A DNA stretch of 64,000 nt from assembly GCA_964633905.1 (NCBI GenBank), contig CAZWIT010000002.1, forward strand, positions 63,209-127,208. Reading direction: 5' to 3'. How positions within the stretch are numbered: the stretch's first letter is position 1; every line of letters starts with the position of its first letter. Below are positions 42,728 to 51,781 of the stretch, piece after piece. Both the position numbers and the translations under genes were made by a program. The notes beneath the pieces were generated by a model. It was given only the letters and a program-made list of their open reading frames with translations. It searched no databases and was not told where the DNA came from. The DNA is from an uncultured Gammaproteobacteria bacterium (GTDB lineage: Bacteria > Patescibacteriota > Patescibacteriia > UBA1558 > GWA2-36-10).

Positions 42728-43735
42728 ATGCTGTTTGACAAAAAGAAAACTGTAAATGATAAAGAGAAAAATATAAAAGAACAAGCCGAAAATGTAGTTA
42801 CTACACCAGCTATTAAAGATGAAGATGTTCATGTTATGCCAGGTAAGTTTGTAGCTTTGGCTCCTGATGTTAAAAAGAGCGGAACTAAAACCATGACTAA
42901 AGTTTTACTTTCTTTACTGTTTTTTTTGATACTGGTGGTAGGAGGAGCAGCTTGGTATATTTTGAGTAAAAAAAATCCAGTTATCGTTGCTAATCAAAAT
43001 AATAATAAAAATATTAATGCCGCTGTTAATAATCAGAACAATACCAATACTAGTAATGTAAATATGAATGTTAATGATATTATTAACAGTATAATTAATA
43101 ATACTACTACCACTAATCAAAATACTAACATTAATAGTAATGTTAATAATGTAGTAGTAGTGCCATCTGAAAATAATCAGGACAGTGACCAAGATGCTTT
43201 GACTTTTCTAGAAGAAACTTTATATAACACTAATGAAGCATTGGCTGATAGTGATAAAGATGGCTATAAAGATGGGGCAGAGTTGTTAAGTTTATACGAT
43301 CCCAGTATTGCTGGTGGGAGTTTAAGTAATTCCAACTTAATTAAAGTTTACAAAAATGATAATTTTAGTTATCAGCTTTTTGTTCCTAAAAAATGGTTAG
43401 TACAAAGTATTGATGACGGTCGTCGGCAAATCAACTTTGTGCCAGATTCGGCTACTGGCGAAACCATTGTTATTAAAGTGACAGATAACACTCAACATTC
43501 AGAACTAGCCGATTGGCAGAAGATTTTATTGCCAACTAAAACTGTAGAAAATTATCGTTTAGCTAATTATTCGGCGGTAAAAACTAGTGATGGTAAGCAA
43601 GTTTTATTTGTCAACTATGATTATGTTTTTATGATTAGCTATGATCAAGCAAGCGTTGTTAATGCTAATTTTAGTACAACTTTTGGCATGATGTTAAAGA
43701 GTTTTGCTTTAAATATTAAGGAAGTTTCCAATTAA
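42728..43735 (+). CDS. paralog of the 41879 ORF: single-pass membrane protein, N-rich low-complexity tract, TSP3-like repeats, ~150-aa C-terminal domain
   Basis: DSDKDGYKDGAELLSLYDP motif shared with upstream ORF; same architecture. Confidence 0.75.
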   Translation: MLFDKKKTVNDKEKNIKEQAENVVTTPAIKDEDVHVMPGKFVALAPDVKKSGTKTMTKVLLSLLFFLILVVGGAAWYILSKKNPVIVANQNNNKNINAAVNNQNNTNTSNVNMNVNDIINSIINNTTTTNQNTNINSNVNNVVVVPSENNQDSDQDALTFLEETLYNTNEALADSDKDGYKDGAELLSLYDPSIAGGSLSNSNLIKVYKNDNFSYQLFVPKKWLVQSIDDGRRQINFVPDSATGETIVIKVTDNTQHSELADWQKILLPTKTVENYRLANYSAVKTSDGKQVLFVNYDYVFMISYDQASVVNANFSTTFGMMLKSFALNIKEVSN

Positions 43736-43740
43736 CAATC

Positions 43741-44154
43741 ATGGCCAATTTATTAATTGTAAATAGCCGTCATTGGCACATTGATTTTAGCTGGTTAGCA
43801 AAATTGGAAGTTATTTTAAAAAAACAATTTAAGATAAAACAAGAAATTTCCATTAGCTTACTTACTCCAGCCGAAATAAAAAAGTTAAATAAAGTTTATC
43901 GACACAAAAATAAAGTAACAGATGTTTTATCATTCACTTTAGCGGATAAATTATTATTAGGTGAAGTTTTAATCTGTGTTGAGCAAGCTAAAAAGCAGGC
44001 TAAAATTAAAGGGCATAATTTAAAAAGAGAATTACAAATTTTGACAATTCATGGAATTTTACATCTTTTAGGTTATGATCACGAACGGAGCGAGGCAGAA
44101 TGGAAAAAACAAAATAAGATGGAAACGGAGATATTAAAGAAAATGATTATATGA
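43741..44154 (+). CDS. ybeY: rRNA maturation endoribonuclease YbeY
   Basis: HGILHLLGYDH zinc-binding motif; TGA stop inside the ATGA overlap with the next gene. Confidence 0.9.
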   Translation: MANLLIVNSRHWHIDFSWLAKLEVILKKQFKIKQEISISLLTPAEIKKLNKVYRHKNKVTDVLSFTLADKLLLGEVLICVEQAKKQAKIKGHNLKRELQILTIHGILHLLGYDHERSEAEWKKQNKMETEILKKMII

Positions 44155-44486
44155 GCTGGTGGCAGAGTTTTAAGCACGCTTGGCGTGGTTTAAGAATAGT
44201 ATTAAGTAGTGAAAAAAATTTTCAACGCCATCTTTTGATAGCGTTTTTAGTGATTGCTTTTGCTCTGTGGCGCGGCCTGACTCCTAGTTTATGGATCGCA
44301 TTACTGCTTACTATTGCTTTGATTTTGGCTTTAGAAATTTTTAATTCAGCTATTGAAAGATTAGTAGATATTTTAGCGCCTCGGACTCATAGTTTTGCCA
44401 AAGAAATAAAAGATTTGCTCGCTGGCATGGTGTTATTAGTTTCATTTTTTGCAGTTTTAATTGGTTTTATCATTTTTTTAATCTAG
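44151..44486 (+). CDS. dgkA: diacylglycerol/undecaprenol kinase (DgkA family)
   Basis: 3-TM small kinase, ALEIFNSAIERLVD motif; conserved ybeY-dgkA pairing. Confidence 0.85.
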   Translation: MSWWQSFKHAWRGLRIVLSSEKNFQRHLLIAFLVIAFALWRGLTPSLWIALLLTIALILALEIFNSAIERLVDILAPRTHSFAKEIKDLLAGMVLLVSFFAVLIGFIIFLI

Positions 44487-44552
44487 CTAAGGGGAAAAAT
44501 TTGGCAAAAAGCTTTAATTTAGTTATAATTAATAATCATATAGCAATCAAGG

Positions 44553-45800
44553 ATGGGGAAAAATAAGGATATCATTACTAGTTTGGATATTGGTAGCCAG
44601 GCGATTCGGGTGGTCATGGGACAGCGCTTGGGGGACGGGCGTTTAAAAGTTATTGGCGTAGCCGAAACTCCCGCTACTGGTATTAGTCGCGGCAGTATCA
44701 ATTCAATTGAAGATGCTGTTTCTTGTATTGCTGAATCTCTAGAAAAATGTGAAAAAATGACAGCTACCCGCATTGATAAGATTGTGGTAGGCATGTCTGG
44801 TACACATATAAAAACTGTAAATAGTCGGGGAGTGGTGGCTGTTGCTAAAGCCAATGAGACTGTAGAGGGTTCTGACATTGAGCGGGCTTTAGAAGTAGCA
44901 GAAAGCACGACCATTATGCCTAATTTTGAAGTTTTACATGTTTTACCGATTAGCTATAATTTAGATAACCAAAAAAATATCAAAGAACCACAAGGCATGA
45001 CCGGAGTTCGTTTAGAAGTAGAAACTCAAGTAGTAATGGCTATGTCGGCTCAAGTTAAGAATTTAACTAAATGTATTTATCGTACTGGTGTTGATATTGA
45101 TTATATTGTTTTTTCTATTTTAGCTACTGCTGAAGCAGTGCTTACTAATAAACAAAAAGAATTAGGAGTAGCAGTAGTAAATCTTGGCTCATCAACAACA
45201 TCGCTGGCGGTTTTTGAAGAAGGTAATATTTTGCATACGGCGGTTTTACCAGTTGGTGCTGGTCATATTACCAATGATTTGGCAATTGGCTTGAAAACTT
45301 CGGTTAGTACTGCCGAAGCAGTAAAAATTGATCATGCGCAAGCAATTTCAGAGGGAATTTCTAAACGTGATGAAGTAGATTTACATAAATATTCAGAAGA
45401 AGAAAAAAAAGGCACTTATGTTTATCGTAAGGACATTGCTACTATTGCCGAAGCCAGGGCTACTGAAATTTTTGATATGGTCAATGCCGAGCTTAAAAAA
45501 ATTGATCGAGCTGGTAAATTGCCAGCGGGTATTATTTTGACTGGCGGTGGTGCTAAGATGCCATTGATTATTGATTTAGCCAAAAGCATTTTTAATTTAC
45601 CAGTATTTTTAGGTTTGCCAGTTAATCATGATTTTCCCATTGATAAATTAAATGATCCTGAGTATACTACAGCTCTAGGCCTAGTTATTTGGGCTGATCG
45701 TAATATTGAATCAAAAACCCATTACGTACCAGGTGGGGATATTTTTAAAGATTTAGCTGGTAAGACTAAAAATATTTTTAGATCTATTTGGCCTTCCTAA
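44553..45800 (+). CDS. ftsA: cell division protein FtsA
   Basis: Actin-like ATPase fold, precedes ftsZ. Confidence 0.93.
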   Translation: MGKNKDIITSLDIGSQAIRVVMGQRLGDGRLKVIGVAETPATGISRGSINSIEDAVSCIAESLEKCEKMTATRIDKIVVGMSGTHIKTVNSRGVVAVAKANETVEGSDIERALEVAESTTIMPNFEVLHVLPISYNLDNQKNIKEPQGMTGVRLEVETQVVMAMSAQVKNLTKCIYRTGVDIDYIVFSILATAEAVLTNKQKELGVAVVNLGSSTTSLAVFEEGNILHTAVLPVGAGHITNDLAIGLKTSVSTAEAVKIDHAQAISEGISKRDEVDLHKYSEEEKKGTYVYRKDIATIAEARATEIFDMVNAELKKIDRAGKLPAGIILTGGGAKMPLIIDLAKSIFNLPVFLGLPVNHDFPIDKLNDPEYTTALGLVIWADRNIESKTHYVPGGDIFKDLAGKTKNIFRSIWPS

Positions 45801-45837
45801 ATTATTTTATAATTATTGATATTTTAAGATAAAATTC

Positions 45838-47007
45838 ATGCTGAAGAAAAATTTAAAAGAAGTATTACCGCCTATTGAAACATTTGCTAACATCAAAGTT
45901 GTTGGCGTTGGTGGTTCAGGGGGCTCAGCTGTTGACCGTATGGTAACTGCTCGGATTAGAGGAGTAGAATTTATTACTGTTAACACTGACGCTCAGGCTT
46001 TGCATAGTTCACAGGCTGCTAGCCGTATTCACATTGGTCGCAATACTACTCGCGGTTTAGGAGCAGGCATGGACCCAGAATTAGGCTTAAAAAGTGCCGA
46101 AGAAAACGAACAAGATATTATGTCTGCCTTATCAGGGGCTGATATGGTTTTTATTACTTGCGGTTTAGGAGGTGGCACTGGTACTGGCGCTGCTCCAGTT
46201 ATTGCTGATATTGCTAGAGAATTAGGAGCTTTGACAGTAGCAGTTGTTACTCGTCCTTTTACTTTTGAAGGAGTGCAGCGTCGCGATATTGCCGAACGAG
46301 GCTTAGAAAGATTGCTTGATAAGGTTGATACAATTATTACCATTCCTAATGATAGATTATTGCAAATCATTGATCGAAAAACTTCTTTACTTGATGCTTT
46401 TGCTATTGTCGACGAGGTGTTAAAGCAAGGCGTGCAAGGTATTTCGGAGGTTATTACTGTGCCTGGTTTGGTCAATGTAGACTTTGCCGATGTTAAGGCT
46501 ATTATGAGACAGGCTGGCTCGGCTTTAATGGGTATTGGTAAAGCTACAGGCGAAGATAGAGCTAAAGAAGCAGCCAAAGCGGCTATTGATAGTCCACTGC
46601 TTGAACTTTCTATTAATGGTGCTACTGGTGTTTTATTTACAATTACTGGCAGTTCTAATTTAACTATGTTTGAAGTATCGGAAGCAGCTGAAGTAATAAC
46701 TGCTCATTGCGATCCAGAGGCAAAAATTATTTTTGGAGCCATAATTGACGAGTCTTTAAATGATGAGGTAAAAGTAACCGTAATTGCTACTGGTTTTAAA
46801 AAATCTGCTGAACAGAAAGTAGAAGCTAATCGTCCAGTCGGATCTTTATCAGAGGCATTTACAAAAGCGCCAGAAGAAAAAATTAATCGACGGGCTTTTG
46901 AAAAACAACCAGAGCGCGAAGAAGAGGTGGAATCAGTGCCAAAAAGCAAAGAAGAAGAAGAATTAGATATTCCGGCTTTTTTAAGGAAAAAATTAAGAGA
47001 CCGTTAA
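45838..47007 (+). CDS. ftsZ: cell division protein FtsZ
   Basis: GGGTGTG tubulin signature. Confidence 0.98.
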   Translation: MLKKNLKEVLPPIETFANIKVVGVGGSGGSAVDRMVTARIRGVEFITVNTDAQALHSSQAASRIHIGRNTTRGLGAGMDPELGLKSAEENEQDIMSALSGADMVFITCGLGGGTGTGAAPVIADIARELGALTVAVVTRPFTFEGVQRRDIAERGLERLLDKVDTIITIPNDRLLQIIDRKTSLLDAFAIVDEVLKQGVQGISEVITVPGLVNVDFADVKAIMRQAGSALMGIGKATGEDRAKEAAKAAIDSPLLELSINGATGVLFTITGSSNLTMFEVSEAAEVITAHCDPEAKIIFGAIIDESLNDEVKVTVIATGFKKSAEQKVEANRPVGSLSEAFTKAPEEKINRRAFEKQPEREEEVESVPKSKEEEELDIPAFLRKKLRDR

Positions 47008-47046
47008 CACTAAGTTTTAAAAATTAACATAATAATTTTTAAAAGG

Positions 47047-47553
47047 ATGAATTGCCCAGTTTGTAATAAATTGGATACCAAGGTAGTAGACTCTCGCTTA
47101 AGTGGCGAGGGTTTTAGCATTAGACGTAGGCGTTTATGCGAATCGTGTCATTATCGTTTTTCCACTTTAGAAGAAATAGAAATTTTAGATTTGATTGTTA
47201 TTAAGCGTGATGGTCGCAGAGAAAATTATAATCGAGAAAAATTAAGTCGTGGTATTCGCACTTCTCTGGAAAAAAGGCCATATTTGGAAGAAGATTTTCA
47301 GCGTTTGATCAGAGAAATAGGTCGCGATGTGCAAAAGGCAGCTGGCTCGGAAGTGCGTTCGCAGCTTATTGGTGAAATTGTGATGAAACGTTTAAAAACT
47401 TTTGATCAAGTGGCTTATATCCGCTATGCTTCGGTATATCGCTCGTTTAAGGATGTCAAAACCTTTCAAGCAGAACTAAATCGTCTGTTGAAACAAAATA
47501 CTAATTCTAAGCGTATTAATATAAGTAAACAAAAATATGGAAGCAGAAAATAA
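47047..47553 (+). CDS. nrdR: transcriptional repressor NrdR
   Basis: Zn-ribbon CPVC...CESC plus ATP-cone. Confidence 0.93.
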   Translation: MNCPVCNKLDTKVVDSRLSGEGFSIRRRRLCESCHYRFSTLEEIEILDLIVIKRDGRRENYNREKLSRGIRTSLEKRPYLEEDFQRLIREIGRDVQKAAGSEVRSQLIGEIVMKRLKTFDQVAYIRYASVYRSFKDVKTFQAELNRLLKQNTNSKRINISKQKYGSRK

Positions 47554-47884
47554 TGCTAGTGATAATGCTACTAAAGAAAAAATAAATAATAGTCAGCAAT
47601 TGTTAGAAAGTCTAGATAGGCGTTTACATAAAATTGAGCGTAAGATGAAGATAGACTCAATTTTAGGAATTATTAAGTGGGTGATAATTGTAGTGCCAAT
47701 TGTGTTCGGAGTGATTTATCTTTCGCCGATAGTAAAACAATATTCCGTTTATTTAGAACCAGCTTTAAAATTATTACATTTAAATACCAGCCAAGAAGGT
47801 GCTCAGCTCTTAACTGATGAGCAGAAAGCCTTAATCTGTGATCCTAAACAGAGAGCAGTCTTGGTTAATCAAATTTGTAAATAA
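47537..47884 (+). CDS. hypothetical membrane protein (N-terminal coiled coil, one TM, C-terminal Cys pair)
   Basis: ORF overlaps nrdR stop (coupled); no recognised family. Confidence 0.55.
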   Translation: MEAENNASDNATKEKINNSQQLLESLDRRLHKIERKMKIDSILGIIKWVIIVVPIVFGVIYLSPIVKQYSVYLEPALKLLHLNTSQEGAQLLTDEQKALICDPKQRAVLVNQICK

Positions 47885-47898
47885 TCAAAACTAATTAT

Positions 47899-49101
47899 AT
47901 GAAAAAATCTTTTGATACTTTGCTAATTATTATTGTTAGCACGATTTTTGGCGGTTTATTTGGCTCTTATTTAGTAATTAACCAAATGGGTAATTTAGCT
48001 TGGTTACAGAATGGTAAGTCTCCGCAAAACATTATAAAAAAAGAAGTGGTGCAAGGCACAGAGCAGTCAGCTGTAATTGATGTAGCAAAACAAGTGTCGC
48101 CCTCAGTTGTTTCCGTGGTTATCAAAAAAGATGTGAGCCGTAATTATCAGACTGATCCTTTTTCGGATTTTTTTAATAATTGGCCTTTTTATCAAGCCCC
48201 ATCAGAAATTCCTAAAAATAATGAGCCTGATTATCAAAAAGTTGGTGGTGGTAGTGGCTTTATAATTTCAGGCGATGGCTTGATTTTGACTAATAAACAT
48301 GTGGTGGCTGATACGCAGGCCCAGTATGTAGTTGTTTTGAATGACGGTAAAGAATATGAGGCTAAAGTGGTAGGCACAGATATTTTTAATGATATTGGTG
48401 TTTTAAAAATTGATGCTAAAGATTTGCCAGTAGTTAATTTAGGTGATTCGGATAAATTGGTTAATGGACAGACAGTCATAGCCATTGGTAATGCTTTAGC
48501 TGAGTTTAGTAATACAGTTACAGTAGGAGTGGTTTCTGGTATTGGTAGAAATATTGTAGCTGGTAATGGTAGTGGTAGTTCTGAAAAACTAGAAGATGTT
48601 ATTCAAACCGATGCTGCTATTAATCCTGGTAATTCTGGCGGACCATTGCTGAATATTTTTGGGGAAGTAATCGGTATTAATACGGCGGTTTCTAGTCAAG
48701 GGCAATTGATTGGCTTTGCTATTCCGATTAATTCAGCTAAACAGGTTATTGATAGCGTTAAAATTAACGGTGAAATTGTCAGGCCTTATCTAGGTGTGCG
48801 TTATCAAATGATAAATGATAGTATTAAACAAGCAAAAAAATTAACTTTAGATAATGGTGCTTTGCTGGTATCTGGTAACAAGGCGGGTGAGGCAGCAATA
48901 GTTTCTAATTCGCCAGCCGATAAGGCGGGATTAAAAGAAAATGATATTATTACAGAAGTTAATGGTAAGGCTTTAACATCAGATTATGATTTAGCTAAAG
49001 CTATTTCGAATTTTAAACCAGGGGATGTTGTAAATATAAAAGTTTGGTCAAATAATCAAACTAAAGAGCTAAAAGTAACTCTAGAAAAATTTAAGAATTA
49101 G
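47899..49101 (+). CDS. htrA: HtrA/DegP-family serine protease with one PDZ domain
   Basis: Catalytic triad context TNKHVV ... GNSGGPL; C-terminal PDZ. Confidence 0.9.
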   Translation: MKKSFDTLLIIIVSTIFGGLFGSYLVINQMGNLAWLQNGKSPQNIIKKEVVQGTEQSAVIDVAKQVSPSVVSVVIKKDVSRNYQTDPFSDFFNNWPFYQAPSEIPKNNEPDYQKVGGGSGFIISGDGLILTNKHVVADTQAQYVVVLNDGKEYEAKVVGTDIFNDIGVLKIDAKDLPVVNLGDSDKLVNGQTVIAIGNALAEFSNTVTVGVVSGIGRNIVAGNGSGSSEKLEDVIQTDAAINPGNSGGPLLNIFGEVIGINTAVSSQGQLIGFAIPINSAKQVIDSVKINGEIVRPYLGVRYQMINDSIKQAKKLTLDNGALLVSGNKAGEAAIVSNSPADKAGLKENDIITEVNGKALTSDYDLAKAISNFKPGDVVNIKVWSNNQTKELKVTLEKFKN

Positions 49102-49112
49102 ACAGTAAAAAA

Positions 49113-50195
49113 GTGGAAGAATTAATCAGTCAAATTAAAGAGTTGTGCCGTCAAGTTGATAAGGTTTTAGGATCGGCTGATTTTGATAAAAAAATAAAAC
49201 AACAGGCTTTATACCAAAAGCAAATGCTGGCTAGTGATTTTTGGTCGCAAGCCCAAGCACAGGACATTAGTCGTCAGGCGGGTGGCTTAGAACAATTTAT
49301 TAATAACTGGCAAAACTTAAAAAAATCGCTTGATGAATTATTGCACTTTGCTCAAGATGAACAGGCTAGTTCAATGCAGGCTGAAATTATTGAAAATTAT
49401 CAAGCCTTATTAAAAAAATATAATCACTTAAGCACCAGTTTATTTTTATCAGGTGCACATGATCAGGAGCCGGCTATTATTACAATCATGGCTGGGGCTG
49501 GTGGTGTTGATGCTCAGGATTGGGCAGAAATGTTGGAACGCATGTATTTACGTTTTGCTGAGCAAAATGGTTATGCAATTAAATATTTAAATCGCTCAGT
49601 TGGCAATGAAGCCGGTTTAAAAAGTACTACTTTTAAAGTTAGTGGTGATTATTCTTTTGGGTATTTAAAAAATGAAGCTGGGGTGCACCGCTTAGTAAGA
49701 CTTTCTGACTATGATGCTGATCACGCACGCCACACTTCTTTTGCCATGGTAGAAGTTTTGCCGGAGATCCCTTTAAACAAGGTGCATTTAAACGAAGCAG
49801 ATTTAAAAATTGAGACTTATCGCGCTTCTGGTCACGGGGGTCAATCAGTTAATACCACTGATTCAGCTGTGCGTATTACCCACTTACCAACAGGTCTGAT
49901 TGCTACTTGTCAGAATGAACGTTCGCAATTACAAAATAAAAATCAAGCTCTAAGCTATTTAGCCAGTAAACTGCAACAGTGGCAGGAACTAAAAAGAGAA
50001 GAAGATCGTAAGGCCTTAAAAGGTGAGTATACTGAAGCTGCCTGGGGCAATCAAATTCGTTCATATGTTTTGCATCCTTATAAATTAGTCAAAGATCATC
50101 GAACAGATTTAGAGTCAACTGACCCTAATCGAGTCTTAGCGGGAGACTTATGGCCTTTTATTGAAGCTAAATTAAAAAAACTAGCTAGTAAGTAA
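49113..50195 (+). CDS. prfB: peptide chain release factor 2 (no frameshift site; non-canonical SDY in place of SPF tripeptide)
   Basis: RF2-type alignment (MAGAGGVDAQDWAEMLERMY, GGQ motif SGHGGQSVNTTDSAVRITH); loop reads GVHRLVRLSDYDADHARHTSF. Confidence 0.88.
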   Translation: MEELISQIKELCRQVDKVLGSADFDKKIKQQALYQKQMLASDFWSQAQAQDISRQAGGLEQFINNWQNLKKSLDELLHFAQDEQASSMQAEIIENYQALLKKYNHLSTSLFLSGAHDQEPAIITIMAGAGGVDAQDWAEMLERMYLRFAEQNGYAIKYLNRSVGNEAGLKSTTFKVSGDYSFGYLKNEAGVHRLVRLSDYDADHARHTSFAMVEVLPEIPLNKVHLNEADLKIETYRASGHGGQSVNTTDSAVRITHLPTGLIATCQNERSQLQNKNQALSYLASKLQQWQELKREEDRKALKGEYTEAAWGNQIRSYVLHPYKLVKDHRTDLESTDPNRVLAGDLWPFIEAKLKKLASK

Positions 50196-50216
50196 TTTCT
50201 AGCTTTTGTTTTTTTA
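50183..50216 (+). terminator. Rho-independent terminator overlapping the prfB stop (AGCTAG...CTAGCT + T-run)
   Basis: Hairpin plus TTTGTTTTTTT. Confidence 0.6.
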
Positions 50217-50252
50217 TGCTATAATAATAGTAGTAAAAATTATTAAGGCCTT

Positions 50253-51725
50253 ATGTTTGACCATTTAGGTCCAATGCCAAAAATTAGTTTTCGGAAAAAG
50301 CCAATAAATTATCAGGCTTATTTTACTTTTCTATTAATGGCTATTATCGTCTTTACTCTTAGCTGGTCAATACAAAGTGGATCCAATATTGCCGCTGCGC
50401 CAGTAGATCAGCCACAAGTATTAGTAAGTACAGAGGCGCTTGATCAAAATATAGTTTTAGGTAGTACTAATTTGTCTATCTTTTCGATGCAAATAGAAAC
50501 TAAGCTAGCTGGAGTGGCTTTAAAATCTTTAAATATTCAAGCACAGGGTATATACAAGGCAGAATTTCTAGAAGATTTAAAATTGTCGCATAATGGTATG
50601 CAGTTAGGGCAATTGTCAGATATAGATGATCAAGGTATTTTACATTTTGATTTGGATGGCTATGTTTTGCCACTAGGTAAAAATGAATTACGATTGACAG
50701 TTAAAAATAGTGATAATTTAGAAGTTGGTGATATTTTAAATTTTAATTTAACAGATGCTAGTAGTTTAGTTTGGTCCTATGAAGGAAAAGAATATTTAGC
50801 TAGAGGCGCTTGGCCTATTTCTGGTGGCACAATAAATATTATACCCCAAGGTAGCTTGTGGGCATATCAAGGTTTAAATAAAAAAGAATTAGCAGTTGTG
50901 GCTAAGCAAAATAATAATTTAGCTGAGTTTAGTCTAGCAGTGGATGGCGAAAGAGTTGATTTGGATAAATTAACTTTTCGATACAAGACTTCTAACAATG
51001 AAGACATAGCTAGTGATTTTATTTTATTATCTCAAGGTTTAGTCCTAGCTAAGGCCCAAGCACAAGATGATTTAATAGAATTTAATTTAAATAAACCTTT
51101 ATCTTTAGCTATTAATCAGGCCTTGCCTTTTGTTTTGGCTGCTAAGTTAGGATTAGGTGATTACGAGCTAGAGCTAGAGTCTGTTCAAGGTCACGGTTTA
51201 GTTTCTGGTAAAATTATTAATTTATCTGAAAAATTGACCTTAGCTAAAGTTATCTCTAAAGAGCAGCTACTTCAATTTAGTAATTTAGCAATTGATAAAA
51301 ATATTAATCAAGATTGGCTAACAGCTGCTAATATTTCTGTCAAAAAATTAAATTCAGAAGCAGCAGTGTTACACCGTTTGACTTGGCGCTTGGATAGTAA
51401 TTTAGTGGATATCAAGGCTGCTAAAATTTTGGTTAATGATAAAGTAAAAAATTTAGATTTAGTTATAAAAGAAGATAAATTGATTGCCAAGGCTGCCTGG
51501 TCAGATCCTATTGTTTTATCAGAATTTAACACTAATATAAAATTATTGTTACAAATCGATAAATTTCAAGAAGGCTCTTTTATCCAGACTAGCTTATTAA
51601 GTGATGGTCAGGCCTATCAAGCTGATCAGTGGTCTGATAATTTACTATGGTCAGTAAATGGGCAAAAATATAATGCTTATGCTTTGCCCAGTTTGCCTTT
51701 AGAGCCACAATTAATTAGCAACTAG
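50253..51725 (+). CDS. hypothetical signal-anchored extracellular protein (490 aa)
   Basis: N-terminal TM then hydrophilic beta-rich sequence; immediately upstream of comEC. Confidence 0.65.
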   Translation: MFDHLGPMPKISFRKKPINYQAYFTFLLMAIIVFTLSWSIQSGSNIAAAPVDQPQVLVSTEALDQNIVLGSTNLSIFSMQIETKLAGVALKSLNIQAQGIYKAEFLEDLKLSHNGMQLGQLSDIDDQGILHFDLDGYVLPLGKNELRLTVKNSDNLEVGDILNFNLTDASSLVWSYEGKEYLARGAWPISGGTINIIPQGSLWAYQGLNKKELAVVAKQNNNLAEFSLAVDGERVDLDKLTFRYKTSNNEDIASDFILLSQGLVLAKAQAQDDLIEFNLNKPLSLAINQALPFVLAAKLGLGDYELELESVQGHGLVSGKIINLSEKLTLAKVISKEQLLQFSNLAIDKNINQDWLTAANISVKKLNSEAAVLHRLTWRLDSNLVDIKAAKILVNDKVKNLDLVIKEDKLIAKAAWSDPIVLSEFNTNIKLLLQIDKFQEGSFIQTSLLSDGQAYQADQWSDNLLWSVNGQKYNAYALPSLPLEPQLISN

Positions 51726-51781
51726 ACAAAAGATAGGTTTTGCGCTTAAATATAAGCAAGAATAAATAAAGCGATTTTGGG

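Noticed and set aside
44519-44914. 131-aa minus-strand ORF overlapping the ftsA start
   Set aside because: Antisense to conserved ftsA; no start context
46029-46577. 182-aa minus-strand ORF inside ftsZ
   Set aside because: Antisense reading of the Gly/Ala-rich tubulin core, a classic spurious ORF
50253-51725. Possible ComEA-like DNA receptor upstream of comEC
   Set aside because: No helix-hairpin-helix motif at the C-terminus; kept as a hypothetical secreted protein
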